A DNA stretch of 64,000 nt from Phoronis australis (Eukaryota; Animalia; Phoronida): assembly GCA_002633005.1 (NCBI GenBank), contig NMRA01000460.1, forward strand, positions 298,244 through 362,243, read 5' to 3'. Position 1 is the stretch's first letter. The number at the start of each line of letters is the position of its first letter. The notes beneath the pieces were generated by a model. It saw only the letters and a list, made by a program, of their open reading frames with translations, did not search any database and was not told where the DNA came from. A program made the translations under genes and the position numbers. This document shows positions 59,561 to 64,000 of the stretch, piece after piece.

Positions 59561-60433
59561 CTGTCGTTCTGTTGGTGAAGGAACATGCGTGACATTTTGG
59601 GTAGCTCATTGATTCTAGACAATAGTAAAATCACATTGTACATGTATTATTGGAATTTACTTTATGAATATATTATTGACTGAAGCGATAACATAACTGA
59701 TCTTGTGGCCCTAGTTACGGATCCGCACAGGTAAAAGATTGAACGTCAAGGTCTTGTCAATAAGGACATGTTTTTGTATCAGTCGATGATTGTTTTGTAC
59801 AAAAGACAAATGCAAGAATGCAGTGTACATTTCTGCTATAAAGTTTGTCATCATTCGAGACTAGCGACACAGAACGCAAAAGCGAATCACAATTGACGAT
59901 ATCAACTGTAAATATTATTAAATATAATCTGTGGATCATAGCCTAGTTTTCTCCTGAGGCCCGAAGCACTGCCTATTCTTTCTGGATAATGTTTTTTTGT
60001 CTAATTCAATTACATATGTTAAACATCTGAGATTTCAAGTTTCTCCAGAAAAGGGAACAGTGCGCATTATGCTGGTTCCGTGACTTTCACTCATCATATT
60101 TAATTAATGCAATTCCTCTCATCGTTGGACAATTTTTTCATTCGAAGTTATTTCCTTGAGACGAAGACAAAAACAGCTTTTTCGCGTCTGTAGAAGAGCG
60201 AATTTGAAACTTTGAAGCGGAAAGTCATTAGTATTGGATACCTGAGACGCATATGTTTACAACTGGCTCCCACTCAGGAATGGGGCTCAAAACCTGAAGT
60301 TCTGAGGCCAGCAAACGCTAATCGTTCCCGACCGTTAAGTGAGAAAAAGTCGGATAACTCCTGTCAGGGGAAAACTTGGCACTGTTTGATGAGGTTGGGC
60401 AGATCATGGAACATGTTTTTGTAAAGTTATCGC

Positions 60434-60499
60434 AGAGAGAGAGGGAGGAGGGAGGGAGGGAGAGGAAGAGGCAGAGGCAGAGGCACACAGAGAGAGAGT

Positions 60500-60540
<41 letters not shown>

Positions 60541-60616
60541 CGACAGAGAGAGAAAAAAGAGAGAGAGAGGAGGGAGTGAGAGAGGGGGATGGAGGGAGCC
60601 GGAGGTAGGGAGGGAA
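60434..60616 (+). repeat. (GA)n / polypurine microsatellite
   Basis: Directly visible near-pure purine tract. Confidence 0.95.
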
Positions 60617-60809
60617 GTAGTAAAGCAATGATTTGTTTTATACTTATATTCCTTTCTGAAAAGATAGTAACTTCCTATAATATGGGAGTACTAGTTGATA
60701 GGTCTACAGTGTATGCATTATGTAGTTCTTTGCCACACTGACTGGAGAGTCTGTATGAGTCATATATGAGACACGTATCTTTAATGTTCCTGGTCGGCAC
60801 ACCTTTTAA

Positions 60810-63340
60810 TGGTAAGTGGTCGGCACACCAGCCTCTCCCCGCTCATCAAGCGTTAGTGCGGATATCGAGTTGGTGTTAGAACGGGACGATCGCTGCAGCA
60901 CCTCAAAATGGTCATAGTGACATGCAAAGTTGCAGAAGGTAAACGGTGCCTCAGAACCTTTTGCAAGCGGCGGGCTTTCCAGAGCTGACCATCTGAAAGG
61001 CGTTACGTCCAGTTGCCGATGCAGTCGACAACTTTTAGTGGCATTGGCCACGGTGATGATCCTTTGGGAGTATGCGGTTTCTTCACGCGGACGGAATCGC
61101 AGGTTTCGTAAGATCCTCTGTGTGTCACTGGCGTAGGCTTCGGTCTAGCGGACTCGCTTCTCCTCGGAGAACACCGGGACTCGCTCTCTTTCACGATGGG
61201 TTCGAACGACCTCGTAGGCAAGTCAAAATTTGCGTTTCATGACGCGTTCAGCGGACCTGTTATCATTCAGTGGCGGAGCAGATGTAGCATGAAAGTAAGC
61301 AAGTAAATTCTCTAGGTGTTTGTCCCACGGATATGTTTGCACTCTTGATTTGTATGCTACTCTTCAAGTAACGGTTGAAAACTTCAATCTTGCCGTTTTG
61401 TGGTGGGTTGTGGGCTGCAATATCTTCGTGGAAAATGTCCATGTTACGCAGAAATACCTGGTCCGTGGTCAGATACAAGTATGTCGGGGTTGTCAATGGT
61501 CGAAAAAAAAAATTCCTCAACCAGCGGATAACGGCAGAAGTCGTCACCCGTGCTGAGGATGGATGGGCATGATAACTGGTAGTCGATGGCAGCTTGTATA
61601 AAGCGCTTGTTCGGATTTGCAGTTGCAAAAGGTCCCGTGGTGTTGATGCCGAACTTTTTCCAGGCTGGGTTGGTGGTGGTATGGTAGTCGAGGGTACGTG
61701 GTACGCTGGAGAAGATTTATTTGAATCTTGGCACGCAGCACAGTATGACACCGTGTGTTCCACCTCTTTATCCATCTTAGGCCACCAGTAGGCTTCACAT
61801 AGTTTGGGTCTCATCCGACGGATGCCGGGGTGGCTTACATGTGCCATCTGTAGGGTTTGCTGTGGGAGACTCGTTGGTGCGACAATGTGTGTGATAGCAG
61901 GGGTGTCACGTCTGTCTCGTACCAAGTACATGCAGCTATCTTCCAGGGACAGTTTGCTACGAACTTGGTAGAACCGCTGTTGAGCCGGAGACAGTTTTGT
62001 TTTGAAGGCCATCCGTCGCGTACGTAACTTGTCAGCAGTTTGTAAATGGAATCCTTGCTGCAGGCAGAGCGAATTTTGTCGAGTGAAAACCTCTCGTTAC
62101 TCGCGGTAGTGACGGATGGGTCACTGACCCCAGCGACCGCGTCACATTTAGTGGCCAAACGACCAGTAGTTTTGGGCACACTTTCCAGTCCTTTTCTGTA
62201 CTCCAGGGTGTAGGTGGAAGCAGCGAGGCGATCCATTTCCAACAATATATGAATTTACCGCGTTTTCTGTCAGTGCTGGTCTGACTCGCATTGACGTACA
62301 TGTTAGTGCTGAGTGGTCGATCTGTGCGTGTGGAGAAGTGTCGTCCTAGTAAGAACTTCTCCCAGTAGTCAGAGAAGTGAACGACTGCAAGAGCTTCACG
62401 CTCATTCATTGCATAGGATTGCTGGGGCTCTTCCGGCGTTTTTCTGACAAATAGTATGGGCACTTCCCTTCTGTTTTAAATTTGCGACAGCACATCACCA
62501 AGGCCGACATCAGATGCCTCAGTAGAGAGGATAATGTCGCATGAAGGACTGAAAAGATGTAGTTCTAGGTTCTGACACAGCATGGATTTCAGTATGCCAA
62601 ATGCTTGTTGACACTATGTAGATCATGCAAGCATTTTTCCTGTGAGTAAGCCTAGAAATCGTTGCACGTACTCCAGAGACTTCGGAAAAGGTGCATTAGA
62701 GAGAGCGTTATGGTTGTCAGAGTCGGGTTCAGAACTTTGCTGTGGGAAACGATGTAACCTAAGTACGCTAACTCTTCGACACCGATGATGCATTTCTTGT
62801 GTATACACGAAGGGTATTTTCACTCAACCGTTGTACTCGGTTGTCGAGATTGTGGTACAGTTCGCCCCACGTATGACACATTACCACAATATAGGGCTTG
62901 TGCCCGATGAGGGCCTCCGACACTGAAGTGTTGGAGATGAGTTACTGGAAAACCGCGGCGCTGTCTGTAAGACCCATAGGCAGGCGGTTGTAAGCATACA
63001 ACCCCTTGGGTGTAATTGTAGTAGTAAACAGACAACTCTCAGCGTTGAGAAACATATTAAAGAAATCCCACCAAATGTCAAGTTACAGTAGTAGTATAAT
63101 ATTTGCCGCCTTACAAATCCTGGATGCCATCTCTAATTACGGGAAGGGGAAATCCATACGGTATCTCTTGAGGAGTCAGGCCTGTCCGGTCAGTAGTAAT
63201 ACAGGCGGAAACATCCGGTTCATCCACAGTTACCAGCGGTTGTTGCCACAAGGGTCGTTGGCTGGATTTTGGACCATATTCCCTGCTCTTAGATTTGGTC
63301 AATGGTTTTTGCGAGTTAAGCGCTACATCAGTTCGTAAGC
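60810..63340 (-). mobile_element. Degenerate Gypsy/Ty3 pol (RT - RNase H - integrase)
   Basis: FPLPVIRD and ITPKGLYAYNRLPMGL...FQ (RT); TEASDVGLG and EREALAVV...LLGRHF (RNase H); HVSHPGI...YWWPKM...CAAC and QNGKIEVFNR (integrase). Many stops and frameshifts. Confidence 0.85.
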
Positions 63341-63585
63341 TTACATGTACATAATGCACGAATATTTTCCGAAATACCCTCTGAAATGTAGGAGGAGTTA
63401 AAAGTACGCACGGAAAACAGCATTCCATACGAGAGTACATGAGAATCAGGAAAAAACCAACATTAAGAAAAATGCGGTCAAATGCCAAAATGTTGTCGAT
63501 ATGCTCTACGAAAATCCGTATACATGAAAAGTTTGGTAAAACTCTCCTAAGGAATATAAAGGGAGTTTTGCACAGAAGTGCATAC

Positions 63586-64000
63586 TTTTTATGGATGCAC
63601 AAATTTATCTATATGTGGGTGCATTATGCCGCATCCCTGTCCGTCCGTCAGGCGCCGGGTCTGATGCTTTATCGGCAGTCACGGACACGTTTCAACGCTC
63701 AGACTTGCTATTGTATGTAACTTTGATCGAGATTCTCAGTAGCCACAGAAAATCGGTTTCCCAAATGGGGAGGGTGGGAAAGTCAAGAACCAGCCAACAT
63801 TCAAGAGAACTTTGTCGAATCGCAATGCCGACAATGTGCCGACGGTACGCCACATCCCATTTAAGAGTGTTTTTAAAAGTTTGATCGAAATCCCCAGAAA
63901 TTTAAGGAGTTGCCCACTAGTGCAATGTCACACGTTGCGAAATCTTCTATTGTAGTGTATCCGCCTTTTCGCTTCGGTGGAGAAGGGACACCGCTGTCTT
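63586..64000 (+). mobile_element. 5' part of another HINE-like element
   Basis: tatgtgggtgcattatgccg followed by a (GTCC)n-like tract, resembling the heads at 43113 and 53097. Confidence 0.5.

Noticed and set aside
60404-60628. Ser/Leu-rich ORF
   Set aside because: It is simply the translation of the GA microsatellite.
5-63884. Most short ORFs in the six-frame track
   Set aside because: No recognisable domains; they are chance ORFs in introns or repeats, or off-frame and antisense shadows of real exons (e.g. 38831-39070, 40951-41226, 18398-18610).

Overview
AT-rich, repeat-laden animal genomic DNA, consistent with a marine invertebrate (inference), not a prokaryote. Most of the window is one large + strand spliced gene. 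I reconstruct 20 phase-compatible exons from 4899 to a TAA stop at 59560, about 949 codons; the signal peptide, prodomain and start of the catalytic domain are not in the window. It encodes a secreted astacin (M12A) zinc metalloprotease with an unusual mosaic tail: astacin - EGF-like - CUB - EGF - TSP1 - MAM - Pro/Thr linker - ShKT x3 - Pro/Thr linker - F5/8 type C (discoidin). Two blocks of the gene (the 3-exon CUB cassette and the middle MAM exon) appear twice, each pair split by a single N; these are most likely unmerged alleles, and the two CUB copies carry different transposon insertions. The introns and flanks hold many mobile elements: an intact-looking GalEa-type Copia 5' end, Kolobok-type TTAA elements (one nested, encoding THAP-transposase and KolX/P2X7-ballast-like remnants), Helentron/DINE-1-like elements carrying arrays of CTCF-like motifs, pogo, HERO, CR1-like and Gypsy remnants, and MITEs. 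All calls come from reading the sequence by eye and from remembered family motifs; no database search was run.
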